The notes under the pieces: model-generated
What the model was told of the DNA's origin: nothing
Database searches by the model: none
The model's input: the letters and a program-made list of their open reading frames with translations, nothing else
Made by a program: the position numbers and the translations under genes
Source: Anaerolineae bacterium
Lineage (GTDB): Bacteria; Chloroflexota; Anaerolineae; Anaerolineales; UBA4823
Direction: 5' to 3'
Length of the DNA stretch: 64,000 nt
Assembly: GCA_037439525.1 (NCBI GenBank)
Contig: JBBIVW010000002.1
Location: 331,650-395,649, forward strand
Shown here: positions 17,890 through 27,887 of the stretch, in pieces
How the letters are laid out: the number at the start of each line of letters is the position of its first letter
How positions within the stretch are numbered: the stretch's first letter is position 1

Positions 17890-19812
17890 ATGAACACCCC
17901 TCTGAAAAGCTCTCAAGAAGCGCAAGCCTCTGATAGGCGCATGAGTCCAATTAGCCCACAACACATGGCACTGGGCTTGAAAATCAGCGATGTGCAATTG
18001 AGCTCGAATGGTCATGTGGTGTGGCTGGAAGGGCGTGGCGACCAGCGTGTGTTGATGGTGCAGCCATTAGCCGGGGGAGGTTTGTGGGAGTTGAATGCCA
18101 CGCGTTCCGTGGCCGCAAAGGTGGGCTATGGAGGCGGAGATTTCACGCTGCATGGAGAGAGTGTCTATTTTGTGGATGCTGAATCGGCGCGCCTGTGCCG
18201 TCAGTCGATATATGGCGGAGAGGTGGAGTGGATCACACCAGCATTTGGCGCGGTTGCCTCTCCTTGTGTCTCGCCGAATGGCATGTATGTGCTTTTTGTG
18301 CGCTCATATGAGCTCCTGGATACGTTGGAAATTGTGGATGCCCAGGGCAGCCACTGGCCACAAAAGTTGGCTTCCGGAGAGGATTATTACATGCAGCCTG
18401 CTTGGCATCCCCACGGGAAGATGATCGCCTGGGTGGCATGGAATGCACCCAACATGCCCTGGGATGGGACGGCATTATACCTGGGTCGCCTGCGCTCGAA
18501 TCAGGATGGTTTGCCGCGTCTGGTCAGCCGCCAGGTAATCGCCGGGGGCGAAAATATCTCGGTGGTGCAGCCCACATTTTCCCCAGACGGCCGCTTTCTG
18601 GCATACGCCGGTGACGAAAGCGGGTGGTGGCAATTGTATCTCTACGAACTGGAGACGGGAAAGACGCGCCAACTGACCCATGCACCGGCTGAGCATGCTC
18701 AACCTTGCTGGGTGCAGGGTGTGCGCACGTTTGCGTTTGACCCCAATGGGGAGTGGATTTATTTCCTGCGCAATCAAGACGCCCGAGTCACCATACACCG
18801 CCTGAATATTTATCGGGGGGAGGAAATGCCCATCCCGCTCGACGACGAGATTACGTACCTGGAGCAAATTAGCGTCTCGTCCGGTAATATAGCGCTGCTG
18901 GCTTCGGGAGCGTGCAGACCAACCTGCGTGTTGACCATGCCTTTGCCAGGCAAAAGGGGGGCGCGTGCATTTCGCCCCACTGTCTGGCGGGAATCCCTGG
19001 CGAGAGAGATTTCATACCAAGGTTTTTCGAAGCCCGAAAACATCTCCTGGAAAGGGGAGCATGGTGAGTTCGTGCATCTGCTGCTCTATCCGCCTTGTTC
19101 TACAGATGATCATCGGAGTGGCGTTCCGCCGCTGGTGCTGAATGTGCATGGTGGTCCAACCAGCCAGCGCTTCGATAGCTTCAACCTGAATGCTCAGTTT
19201 TTCACCAGCCGCGGGTATGCTTATGCAGAACTCAATCACCGCGGCAGCACGGGGTATGGGCGTGCTTATCGGAATCTGTTGCGCGGCAATTGGGGGCTGG
19301 TGGATGTTCAGGATGCTGTGGAGGCGATGAACCACCTTGCTGCTCAGGGCAAGATCGATGCTGAACGCGCCGTGATCATGGGCGGCAGCGCGGGAGGCTA
19401 TACCGTACTGCGTACTTTGCAGGAGCATCCTGGTTGCTTCAAAGCTGGGATCGCCGTATTCCCAGTGGGCAACCTGTTCGCTTTGGCTGCCGAAACGCAC
19501 AAGTTCGAAGCCCATTACATGGACAGTATAATCGGCCCGCTGCCTGAGGCGCGCGACTTATACCACGAACGCTCACCGGTGTTCTTTGCTGAGCGCATCC
19601 GAGACCCCCTGGCGCTCTTTCAGGGAGAGGAGGACAAGGTTGTGCCCAGGTCGCAGTCTGACGAGGTTGCGGCGGCGCTACGGGCGCGCGGCGTGCCCCT
19701 GGTGTATCACACTTACCCTGGCGAGGGGCATGGCTTCAGGAAGCCGGAGACGATCGCGCATTTTTATATGGTGGTGGAGAAATTTCTTAAAGAGTATGTG
19801 CTTTTTCGGTGA
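17890..19812 (+). CDS. S9 family serine peptidase (beta-propeller plus alpha/beta-hydrolase domain)
   Basis: Nucleophile elbow 'GGSAGGY', 'EEDKVVP', 'GEGHGF'. N-terminal propeller-like repeats. Confidence 0.85.
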   Translation: MNTPLKSSQEAQASDRRMSPISPQHMALGLKISDVQLSSNGHVVWLEGRGDQRVLMVQPLAGGGLWELNATRSVAAKVGYGGGDFTLHGESVYFVDAESARLCRQSIYGGEVEWITPAFGAVASPCVSPNGMYVLFVRSYELLDTLEIVDAQGSHWPQKLASGEDYYMQPAWHPHGKMIAWVAWNAPNMPWDGTALYLGRLRSNQDGLPRLVSRQVIAGGENISVVQPTFSPDGRFLAYAGDESGWWQLYLYELETGKTRQLTHAPAEHAQPCWVQGVRTFAFDPNGEWIYFLRNQDARVTIHRLNIYRGEEMPIPLDDEITYLEQISVSSGNIALLASGACRPTCVLTMPLPGKRGARAFRPTVWRESLAREISYQGFSKPENISWKGEHGEFVHLLLYPPCSTDDHRSGVPPLVLNVHGGPTSQRFDSFNLNAQFFTSRGYAYAELNHRGSTGYGRAYRNLLRGNWGLVDVQDAVEAMNHLAAQGKIDAERAVIMGGSAGGYTVLRTLQEHPGCFKAGIAVFPVGNLFALAAETHKFEAHYMDSIIGPLPEARDLYHERSPVFFAERIRDPLALFQGEEDKVVPRSQSDEVAAALRARGVPLVYHTYPGEGHGFRKPETIAHFYMVVEKFLKEYVLFR

Positions 19813-19852
19813 TAGAAATCCTTTGGCGCTTTTCAGAAGCATAGCTGACGGG

Positions 19853-22663
19853 TTAGCTCTTCCCCCGCCTCCCCAACACCACTTTGGTCACCTCTGCTGC
19901 CAGGGAGGGGAAAATCAATAATGGCAGGATGACCTCCCACTGCACCCAGGTTAGCGGTACGGTGTTGAAGATTGGTTGCAGGAAGGGGATGTAGATCACA
20001 CCCACCAATAAAATCAGCGAAGTGATCACCGCCAAGTTCATGTTGCGGTTCTTGAATATCCCCAACTTCAATATGGGATAGCGCTCGGAGCGTGCCGTGA
20101 AGGCGCGTAGCAGCTCGGAAAATGAGAGGGTGACAAAAGCCATCGTGCGCCCCAATTCCGGGGATTCGGGGTGGTTACGCAGCCCCAGGAGGTACGCGAT
20201 CAGCGTCACGGCGGTGATGGCTACCGTCTGCACGATGATGCCGGTGCGCATGAAACGGTTGATAATCGGTTCCTCTGGTGGACGCGGTGGTTGCTGCATG
20301 ATATCCGGGTCGCCTTTCTCGGTGCCCAGTGCCAGGGCTGGGGCGCCATCGGTGATCAGGTTGAGCCATAGCAACTGAATCGCACTCAGCGGTGAACCGC
20401 GGGTGAAGAGCGTTCCCAGAAAGATAGTGGCGATTTCCGCCAGATTGCAGGAGAGCAGGTAATAGACAAACTTGCGGATGTTGCTGTAAATCACCCGCCC
20501 CTGCTCAACAGCCGCAACGATGCTGGCGTAATTGTCATCTGTCAGCACCATGTCGGCGCTCTCTTTGGCGACATCTGTACCGGTGATGCCCATAGCGACG
20601 CCAATATCCGCCAGCTTGATCGAAGGAGCATCGTTTACACCGTCACCGGTCATGGCAACCACATCCCCGTTTTTACGCAGCGCCTCGACAATGCGCATTT
20701 TGTGTTCCGGCGAGACGCGAGCAAAAGCATCTACCCGCATCACTCTATCCTGGAGCGTCCGATCATCCATGGGGTTCAGCTCGTTACCGGTGAGCACCTC
20801 ACCATTCTGTCGCAGGAGCCCGATCTCGGCGGCGATTGCGCGGGCAGTATTGGGGTAGTCCCCAGTAATCATGATCGTGCGGATGCCAGCTTGTTGGGCT
20901 TTTTGCAGTGCCTGAGGGACTTCTGGCCTGGGCGGGTCGATCATGCCGATTAGTCCGCAGAAGACGAAGTTACCTTCCAGTGATTCCAGGTGCCTCACGT
21001 CTGGTGCTTTCGGGACGACTTTGTAAGCCATAGCCAACACGCGCAAGGCATCCCTTGTCAGGGCGTCATTTGCCGCCATGATTTCGGCTTTTTTCGCCTC
21101 ATCCAGAGGAGCGATGCTGCCATCCATGCGTTGATAGGCGCTGCACAGGCTGAGCACCTCATCCAGCGCGCCTTTTATCGTCGCCGCGTACCGATTACGG
21201 TTCTTTTTATCATGGAACGGAGAGATATCCTCATCGTGAGGGTCGACAATGCGATGCACGGTGAGCATGCGTTTGCGCGTCGAGTCGAAAGGAATTTCCT
21301 GCACTCTAGGGTAAGCCGATTGAAGCGCTTCGAAATCCACGCCGTATTTCGAGGCGGCGACAATCAGCGCTCCCTCTGTGGGGTCGCCTACCATGCGGTA
21401 GGTCGGCCTGCCATTGCTTTCTCCACTGACTTCCAAACTGGCATCGTTATTCAACGCGGCCACCCAAAGCGTGGTTGTCGCGGCTTTGTAATCTGCCAGC
21501 TCCACCGCCTGACCATGGAGCAGAAATTGTCCTTTTGGTTCATAGCCGCTGCCGCTGATCTCGAAGGTCTGCCCATCTGCCCACATTTTTGTAGCCGTCA
21601 TCTGGTTCTGGGTGAGCGTGCCGGTTTTATCCGAGCAAATCACGGTGGCTGAACCGAGCGTCTCCACCGAGGACAGGCGGCGGATGAGGGCATGGCGTTT
21701 GATCATCTCGCGCATACCCAATGCCAGGCTGATGGTGACCACCGCAGGCAAGCCTTCTGGCACAGCTGCGATGGCCAGGCTGACGGCGATGAGGAACATA
21801 TCCAGCGGGTTGTAACCACGCAACCAGCCGGTGAGAAACACCAATGCGCACACCGCGATCGCTGCCCATCCTAATGTTTTCCCGAGCTGGTCCAGGCGCT
21901 TCTGCAGGGGAGTGGGTTCCTGTTCAACAGATTGCAGCATCTCGGCGATCATGCCGATTTGAGTGTTCATGCCTGTAGCCACAACCACGCCTTTGCCACG
22001 CCCGTAGGTGACCAGAGTGCCCATGAAAGCAGTGTTGGCGCGGTCTCCAAGGGGAATATCCTTGGCGCCCAGGATGGCTTCAGCATCTTTGCTCACCGGC
22101 GCAGATTCACCGGTCAGCGCAGCCTCATCGATGCGCAGGTTCACGGCTTCGATCAGGCGCACATCTGCTGGCACGTAGTTGCCGGCTTCGAGCAAGACAA
22201 TGTCCCCCGGCACGAGCTGTGTCGCTGGGATGGTTTTGCGTGAGCCGTCGCGGATGACGTGCGCCTCAGGGGCAGCCAACTTTTTCAGCGCGGCAAGCGC
22301 TCGCTCTGCACGTCGTTCTTGGATGATGCCTAACATTGCGTTGAGGATGACAATTGCCAGAATCGCGCCTGCCTCGATGTAGTCCCCCAACAGGGCTGAG
22401 ATGACCGCTGCAACGATGAGCAACATGACCACGAAATTGTTGAATTGCTCCCAGAGCATTTGCAGAAATGTGGTCGGTGGGGCTTCAACGAGCTGGTTCG
22501 GCCCGGCGATTTCCAGGCGCTGGGCGGCATCCTTCTCCGACAACCCGCGTTGGGCACGCGTGTGCAGTTCCTGGAGCACTTGATCGGATCTCAAGGCGTG
22601 CCAGTTATGGCCGTTTTGTGTGAGCGTGGTTACCAGTTGTGGAGAAAAATCCTGGATGGTCAT
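19853..22663 (-). CDS. P-type cation-transporting ATPase, type IIA (Ca2+-ATPase-like)
   Basis: 'LTGESAPV', '[12 protein letters not shown]', 'CSDKTGTLT', 'MITGD', '[10 protein letters not shown]'. Confidence 0.92.
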   Translation of the reverse strand: MTIQDFSPQLVTTLTQNGHNWHALRSDQVLQELHTRAQRGLSEKDAAQRLEIAGPNQLVEAPPTTFLQMLWEQFNNFVVMLLIVAAVISALLGDYIEAGAILAIVILNAMLGIIQERRAERALAALKKLAAPEAHVIRDGSRKTIPATQLVPGDIVLLEAGNYVPADVRLIEAVNLRIDEAALTGESAPVSKDAEAILGAKDIPLGDRANTAFMGTLVTYGRGKGVVVATGMNTQIGMIAEMLQSVEQEPTPLQKRLDQLGKTLGWAAIAVCALVFLTGWLRGYNPLDMFLIAVSLAIAAVPEGLPAVVTISLALGMREMIKRHALIRRLSSVETLGSATVICSDKTGTLTQNQMTATKMWADGQTFEISGSGYEPKGQFLLHGQAVELADYKAATTTLWVAALNNDASLEVSGESNGRPTYRMVGDPTEGALIVAASKYGVDFEALQSAYPRVQEIPFDSTRKRMLTVHRIVDPHDEDISPFHDKKNRNRYAATIKGALDEVLSLCSAYQRMDGSIAPLDEAKKAEIMAANDALTRDALRVLAMAYKVVPKAPDVRHLESLEGNFVFCGLIGMIDPPRPEVPQALQKAQQAGIRTIMITGDYPNTARAIAAEIGLLRQNGEVLTGNELNPMDDRTLQDRVMRVDAFARVSPEHKMRIVEALRKNGDVVAMTGDGVNDAPSIKLADIGVAMGITGTDVAKESADMVLTDDNYASIVAAVEQGRVIYSNIRKFVYYLLSCNLAEIATIFLGTLFTRGSPLSAIQLLWLNLITDGAPALALGTEKGDPDIMQQPPRPPEEPIINRFMRTGIIVQTVAITAVTLIAYLLGLRNHPESPELGRTMAFVTLSFSELLRAFTARSERYPILKLGIFKNRNMNLAVITSLILLVGVIYIPFLQPIFNTVPLTWVQWEVILPLLIFPSLAAEVTKVVLGRRGKS

Positions 22664-22900
22664 GTCGATCTTTCCGCGTAGTCCGTGATGTAATTAATCG
22701 CAGAGATTATAGCACGCGCCAGGTTGGGCTCGAAGCATGTATGATCTTCCAGGTTTCTTTTATCCTCCAGGCGCGTGACTCTAGTACAATCGTATTGCCA
22801 CCAGGGCAGAGCGATTTCCTTTTATCTTGCGCAAATAATCATCGCCAGAAGTCGTGCGCCTAAAAGCCTTCCTGCGCGTGGGCAGCTGTGAATGTGCCTT

Positions 22901-22909
22901 TGATATAAT
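22901..22909 (+). promoter_or_regulatory. Candidate extended -10 promoter element for icd
   Basis: TGATATAAT (TG-N-TATAAT) about 38 nt upstream of ATG 22947. No good -35 seen. Confidence 0.35.
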
Positions 22910-22946
22910 CAGGAGTATTATAAACGCATTACTTTTGTGGAGAGAA

Positions 22947-24248
22947 ATGATGAGCTATCAAAACTTAAAGGTCCCTTCAAACGGGGAAAAAATCAGCGTT
23001 CACAACGGCACATTGCAAGTGCCAGATTGCCCGATCATCCCTTTTGTGGAAGGAGATGGCACCGGTCCCGACATCTGGCGCGCCTCCAAGCGTGTGATTG
23101 ACGCTGCGGTGGAAAAGGCATACCATGGGCGCCGCCATATCGAATGGATGGAGGTGTACGCCGGAGAAAAGGCATTCAATCTATTCGCTTCCTGGCTTCC
23201 AGAAGAGACCGTGGCGGCATTCAAAGAATTTCTGGTAGGCATTAAAGGACCTTTGACCACCCCTGTGGGAGGCGGTATCCGCTCCCTCAATGTGGCTTTA
23301 CGAAAAGCGTTGGACTTGTATGTCTGCCAGCGCCCTGTGCGCTACTTTAAAGGGGTGCCCTCACCTGTCAAGCACCCCGAAGACGTGGATATGGTCGTCT
23401 TTCGAGAGAATACCGAGGATATCTACACGGGCATCGAATTCGAATACGGCACGCCAGAAAACGAGCGCTTCAAGCAGCTGTTGAAAGAGCATTTCCCTGA
23501 TGAGTATATGAAAATGCGCTTCCCGGAGACCGCCGGCATTGGTTTAAAACCCATATCCAAAGAAGGAAGTGAACGCTTGGTGCGCGCCGCGATTCGATGG
23601 GCGCTGGACAACCACCGCCGCAGTGTTACCCTGGTGCATAAGGGCAATATTATGAAATACACTGAAGGCGCGTTTCGCAAGTGGGGGTATAAACTCGCTG
23701 AGCGCGAGTTCGGCGAGCGTGTCTATACCTGGGCGCAATGGGAGCGCACGAAAGAGTCGCAGGGCGAAGACGCCGCCAACGCCGAGCAAACCCGAGCGCT
23801 CGCCGAAGGCAGGCTGCTCATCAAAGATGTCATTGCAGATATCGTCTTTCAGCAGACGATCACCCGTGCCAGAGATTTTGATGTCCTGGCGACAATGAAT
23901 CTGAATGGAGATTATCTCTCCGATGCATTGGCGGCGCAGGTGGGTGGCATTGGTATCGCCCCAGGCGGGAACATCAATTACACCAGCGGGCATGCCGTCT
24001 TCGAGGCAACACATGGCACTGCGCCAAAGTATGCCGGCCAGGATAAAGTCAACCCAGGCTCGGTGATTCTCTCTGCCGAGATGATGCTTCGCTATATGGG
24101 TTGGCATGAAGCCGCGGATTTGATTATCAAGGGCATGGAAGGTGCCATTGCGGCTAAAACGGTGACCTACGACTTTCACCGTTTGATGGATGGTGCAGTG
24201 CTACTGAAATGCTCCGAGTTTGGCGATGCAGTGATCCGTCATATGTAA
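22947..24248 (+). CDS. icd: NADP-dependent isocitrate dehydrogenase (prokaryotic homodimeric type)
   Basis: '[14 protein letters not shown]', '[19 protein letters not shown]', '[10 protein letters not shown]', 'HGTAPKYAG'. Start taken at ATG 22947 after GGAGAG. Confidence 0.92.
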   Translation: MMSYQNLKVPSNGEKISVHNGTLQVPDCPIIPFVEGDGTGPDIWRASKRVIDAAVEKAYHGRRHIEWMEVYAGEKAFNLFASWLPEETVAAFKEFLVGIKGPLTTPVGGGIRSLNVALRKALDLYVCQRPVRYFKGVPSPVKHPEDVDMVVFRENTEDIYTGIEFEYGTPENERFKQLLKEHFPDEYMKMRFPETAGIGLKPISKEGSERLVRAAIRWALDNHRRSVTLVHKGNIMKYTEGAFRKWGYKLAEREFGERVYTWAQWERTKESQGEDAANAEQTRALAEGRLLIKDVIADIVFQQTITRARDFDVLATMNLNGDYLSDALAAQVGGIGIAPGGNINYTSGHAVFEATHGTAPKYAGQDKVNPGSVILSAEMMLRYMGWHEAADLIIKGMEGAIAAKTVTYDFHRLMDGAVLLKCSEFGDAVIRHM

Positions 24249-24264
24249 GCATGAAGGCGATGGT

Positions 24265-24304
24265 AAAAACAAGCCCCCCGGAGAACGGGGGGCTTTGTTA
24301 TTTG
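24265..24304. terminator. Bidirectional rho-independent terminator between icd and qcrC
   Basis: GCCCCCCG (24273-24280) / CGGGGGGC (24286-24293), flanked by A-run upstream and TTTGTTATTT downstream, so a U-tract follows on either strand. Confidence 0.65.
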
Positions 24305-24316
24305 TGAAGCTGGCGC

Positions 24317-25558
24317 TCATTGAGGTTGTGGCGTCGTTGTGGCTTGCCCCTCAGGGGGCGACGGCTCTGTGCTCTCTGTGGTAGGGGTTTCGAGCGCAGG
24401 TGGGGGCGTGGCTGTGGGCGAGAGCGCTGCAGCGTCAGCCGCGGTATTGGGCATACCTCCCAGCACCCAGCGCTCGAAGATTTCGATTAACTCTGGCTTG
24501 AGCGCTTTTGTCGGTGGCATGGGTCCACCAGCCTCGATCTCCTGGCGGTAGAGCATCAGGATCAGGTTGCTGTTCAAATCTCCAGGGATGAGGTTGGGGG
24601 TATGATCGCCGCTGTTTATCGTTTCGTTGTAATCGCGCATCAGGTAGTTGTTGTTTTTCTTCCCAGGGCGGTGGCAGGAGAGGCAATAGCGTTTGACGAT
24701 GGGGAAAATATGCACCTCGAATGAGGGGATTTCATTCGGCCCCAACGCGGGCACAGCCGAAGCTTCAGCTACCTCAGCAGGTAGTTCGGCGCGGTCATCC
24801 CAGGTGTAGCGCATAAAAGTGACAATGGCTTCGATATCACCAGGGCTGAGTTCACCGCCATACGCACGGGAGAAGGGCGGCATACCCAGGGAAGGCTGTC
24901 CAAAGGCGATGATGTTATACAAGGTTTCATCGCTGCGTGTGTACATCTCATCCTGGCTGTTGATTGGTTTGACGATGACCCCTTCCAACCCTTCGACGCC
25001 AACGATTTCGCCTCCTTCTCCATCGGCGCCATGGCATTCAACGCAATGCACGCCATACAGATCGGTGCCGGCGAAAATTTGCTCGGTGATCGTGCCCGCG
25101 ACTGTGCCGGCGGCTTCTTGGGGTGGCGTGGTCACTGCTGCGAGGATGGTCAGTGCGACCATCCCCACAACGACAACGGTCATGATGGAAACAGAAAGCC
25201 TGCGCTTCTTCCAGTGGCGGTAAGGATTACGGTCGATAAAAGGGAGCACGAACAAGAGTATCACTACCAGTGCGGGGAGTACTGCCGCGCCAAGCCATTC
25301 CAACTCGCCCGGAAAATATTTGAGCAATTGAAACAAGAACAGGAAGTACCATTCGGGGCGGGGGATATATGAGGTGTCGCTGGGGTCCGCTTTGGGCTCG
25401 TTAGCCACACCCACAAAAGTTGCCAGCCCGATTAATAGCACGAACAGGGCAAACATCACCACCAGGTCTTTATAAATAATATCGGGAAAGAACTTCACCC
25501 CTTTTTGTTTTGCCTGGTTGTATCTTTCCTGGATTTTAAGTTTCTGCTCTTCGTTCAC
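24317..25558 (-). CDS. qcrC: Cytochrome bc complex subunit IV fused to a dihaem c-type cytochrome domain
   Basis: N-terminal 3-TM subunit IV-like region ('PEWYFLFLFQLLKYF'), haem sites 'CVECH' and 'CLSCH', Pro/Thr tail. GTG start at 25558 is preceded by AGGAG 7 nt upstream. Confidence 0.75.
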   Translation of the reverse strand: MNEEQKLKIQERYNQAKQKGVKFFPDIIYKDLVVMFALFVLLIGLATFVGVANEPKADPSDTSYIPRPEWYFLFLFQLLKYFPGELEWLGAAVLPALVVILLFVLPFIDRNPYRHWKKRRLSVSIMTVVVVGMVALTILAAVTTPPQEAAGTVAGTITEQIFAGTDLYGVHCVECHGADGEGGEIVGVEGLEGVIVKPINSQDEMYTRSDETLYNIIAFGQPSLGMPPFSRAYGGELSPGDIEAIVTFMRYTWDDRAELPAEVAEASAVPALGPNEIPSFEVHIFPIVKRYCLSCHRPGKKNNNYLMRDYNETINSGDHTPNLIPGDLNSNLILMLYRQEIEAGGPMPPTKALKPELIEIFERWVLGGMPNTAADAAALSPTATPPPALETPTTESTEPSPPEGQATTTPQPQ

Positions 25559-25574
25559 AACGGTGCTCCTAGTG

Positions 25575-26234
25575 TTAGTCCTCTTCCGTAGGGATGTGTG
25601 AGATACCCAGGCGGATGACCAGGTAGATATGCACACCGATCACCGCAGCAAGCACTGCTGGCAGCAACCAGATGTGGGCGGAGAAAAAGCGTGCCAGGGT
25701 CACCGCGCTCAAATCCTCGCCGCCGCGCAAAATGCGCGTGATCCAGGGCCCCAACAAGGGCAATGTGCCGGGAATCTCCGTGCCGACAACGGTCGCCCAA
25801 AGCGAGCGTTGATTCCACGGGAGCAAGTAACCGGTAAATCCCATGCCCAGGGTTGCCAACAACAATACGACCCCGCTCACCCAGGTGAGTTCGCGGGGGT
25901 ATTTGTAAGCTGCGTAGTAAAAAGTGCGCAGCATGTGAGCAAAAACAATCAACACCATCAGCGTGGCGCCCCAGTGGTGGATGCCGCGAATCAGCCAGCC
26001 GAAGGCAACTTCGTTCATGATGAATTGGATGCTATCGTAGGCATGGTCGGGCGAAGGCACGTAATACACCGTGAGAAAGATGCCCGTTATTCCCTGCATC
26101 ATGAACAAAAACAGGCTGGCGCTACCCAGGGTAAACCACCAATTAACTTTGGGTACCTTGCGATCAAGCACCACTCGATAGATAGCGCTTAGGCCAAGAC
26201 GTTCGTCCAACCAGGTTAGAGCTTTGGATGCCAT
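25575..26234 (-). CDS. qcrB: Cytochrome b (b6-like, N-terminal four-helix half)
   Basis: 'NWWFTLGS', 'RGIHHWGA..MVLIVFAHM', 'FSAHIWLLPAVL'. ATG 26234 lies 1 nt after the Rieske stop. Confidence 0.88.
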   Translation of the reverse strand: MASKALTWLDERLGLSAIYRVVLDRKVPKVNWWFTLGSASLFLFMMQGITGIFLTVYYVPSPDHAYDSIQFIMNEVAFGWLIRGIHHWGATLMVLIVFAHMLRTFYYAAYKYPRELTWVSGVVLLLATLGMGFTGYLLPWNQRSLWATVVGTEIPGTLPLLGPWITRILRGGEDLSAVTLARFFSAHIWLLPAVLAAVIGVHIYLVIRLGISHIPTEED

Positions 26235-26235
26235 T

Positions 26236-26721
26236 TTATCCTTCCATAAAATGAATTGAGAGATTGCCGTCTTCAATCTTGGTTTCGTAGCGCTCCAGCG
26301 GGCGCGGCGGCGGCCCATGGGTAACATCACCATCAATGGAAAAGCGTCCATCGTGGCATGGGCAAATGAACTCCGCACTCGTTTCCTGCCAGTTCACGCG
26401 GCAACTCAAGTGGGTACACACATTGGAATAAACAACTACTTCGTGCTCGCTTTTACGCAATACGAACACGCCGTAGCTGTTCACGGTTTTTTCCCAACCG
26501 TTGACCTTTGAGCGGGTGAAAGTAAATAAAGTAGGCACGCCAATCGGGTAGTTTTCCAGGGGGCCTAAGGCGATCCAGGCTTCACCGCTGCGTACTTTAA
26601 GCGCCGGGGAGAGCAGATAGCCAATTGCCGGCAACCCGACCAGGGCTCCCATGATCGTTCCAAGAACACCCAGCGCGAAAGTGACAAACTCATTGCGGCT
26701 TAGGTGGGGGGATTTTTTCAT
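26236..26721 (-). CDS. qcrA: Rieske 2Fe-2S subunit of the cytochrome bc complex
   Basis: 'CTHLSCRVNW' and 'CPCHDGRF' boxes. N-terminal TM anchor. Confidence 0.88.
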   Translation of the reverse strand: MKKSPHLSRNEFVTFALGVLGTIMGALVGLPAIGYLLSPALKVRSGEAWIALGPLENYPIGVPTLFTFTRSKVNGWEKTVNSYGVFVLRKSEHEVVVYSNVCTHLSCRVNWQETSAEFICPCHDGRFSIDGDVTHGPPPRPLERYETKIEDGNLSIHFMEG

Positions 26722-27035
26722 CGTACCTCCTGGGGATTTCCCATGCAGTAGTGTGGGTTGTTTGCAGATTCTGTGAGCAACTGTGCCATATGCTATAATC
26801 CCATTGCCGACAATTTTACTCTAGTTTATGCTTGGGTTGCTAGAAGCTTGATCCAATTAGGCACTTGCTGAGGCGAAATTATAGAATAAATCTGATTAAA
26901 TTGATGAGGATTTCTGGAACGAATAAGGCATGAACATTGTCACTTTCCCAATTAGCAGTAAAAATGAGATAATGAGGCGCTGGAAGGAGCGGTAAAGATA
27001 CCAACACCTTTTTGAGGAGAATCAAGGAGGTTTGC

Positions 27036-27422
27036 ATGGCTCTTAAAAGGAATGTCGGGTTGAAAGGCTTCCGTTATCGTGGCGGGGGGCCAATGTGGTC
27101 ATGGATTGTACACCGCATTGGAGGGCTGGCTATGGTGGTGTTCGTCGGCACCCACGTATTAGCCTCCTTCTTTATGCAACAATTGGGCAGCGACCTGGCG
27201 ACGACGATCAACATCGTCTATGAATCCGCCTACTTTCAGGCGGTATTTTATTTTCTGGTCATCTTCCATGGGATTAATGGCTTGCGGATTATCATCCTGG
27301 ATACTTGGCCCAAACTCCTCGAATATCAACGTGAAGTGACCTGGTTGCAGTGGTTGGTTTTTGTGCCCATCTATGGCTTATCTGTCTTTATCATGCTGCA
27401 ACGCGCGCTGGCAGGCGGGTGA
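27036..27422 (+). CDS. sdhC: Succinate dehydrogenase cytochrome b subunit
   Basis: Three TM helices, 'HRIGG', first gene of the sdh cluster. ATG 27036 follows AAGGAGG (27024-27030). Confidence 0.7.
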   Translation: MALKRNVGLKGFRYRGGGPMWSWIVHRIGGLAMVVFVGTHVLASFFMQQLGSDLATTINIVYESAYFQAVFYFLVIFHGINGLRIIILDTWPKLLEYQREVTWLQWLVFVPIYGLSVFIMLQRALAGG

Positions 27423-27449
27423 GCTTGTAACATACAAGGAGAGTAGTAC

Positions 27450-27872
27450 ATGAGTTCCAGACCAGTTCCTAAAGTGGGTTTTAATTTTGAATACCTCATG
27501 TGGGTGTTCACACGCCTTTCCGGACTGGCGCTCATTCTGTTGGCTTTATTTGGGATGAGCGCAGCTTTTTGGATGGGGGCGCGCACACAAATGGATGTAG
27601 GCACTTTGTTGCGTTGGACATTTTTCCCCAACCCTAACCATGTCATCAACAGTGACATACCGGATGTTACCCTGGGCTGGGCGAATGCCTACTGGCAGGT
27701 GATGCAGATGCTGATCTTCTTTTTCGGCGTCACTCATGGGGTGAACGGCTTGCGTGTGGTGATTGAAGATTACCTCCGCGCCAGTTGGGGGCGGGTATTC
27801 TTACGTGGCCTTTTATTTTTATTCTGGCTGTTCATGCTGATTGTGGCCATCTATGTAATTCTGGCTTCGTAG
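27450..27872 (+). CDS. sdhD: Succinate dehydrogenase hydrophobic membrane anchor subunit
   Basis: Three TM helices, located between sdhC and sdhA. Confidence 0.6.
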   Translation: MSSRPVPKVGFNFEYLMWVFTRLSGLALILLALFGMSAAFWMGARTQMDVGTLLRWTFFPNPNHVINSDIPDVTLGWANAYWQVMQMLIFFFGVTHGVNGLRVVIEDYLRASWGRVFLRGLLFLFWLFMLIVAIYVILAS

Positions 27873-27887
27873 CTCAGGAGTTGAAGA

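Noticed and set aside
22854-22946. Longer icd start, and the analogous long starts of qcrC (25636) and qcrB (26378)
   Set aside because: The extensions are not part of the conserved enzymes and overlap upstream genes or promoter elements. Internal starts with RBS or stop-start coupling fit better.
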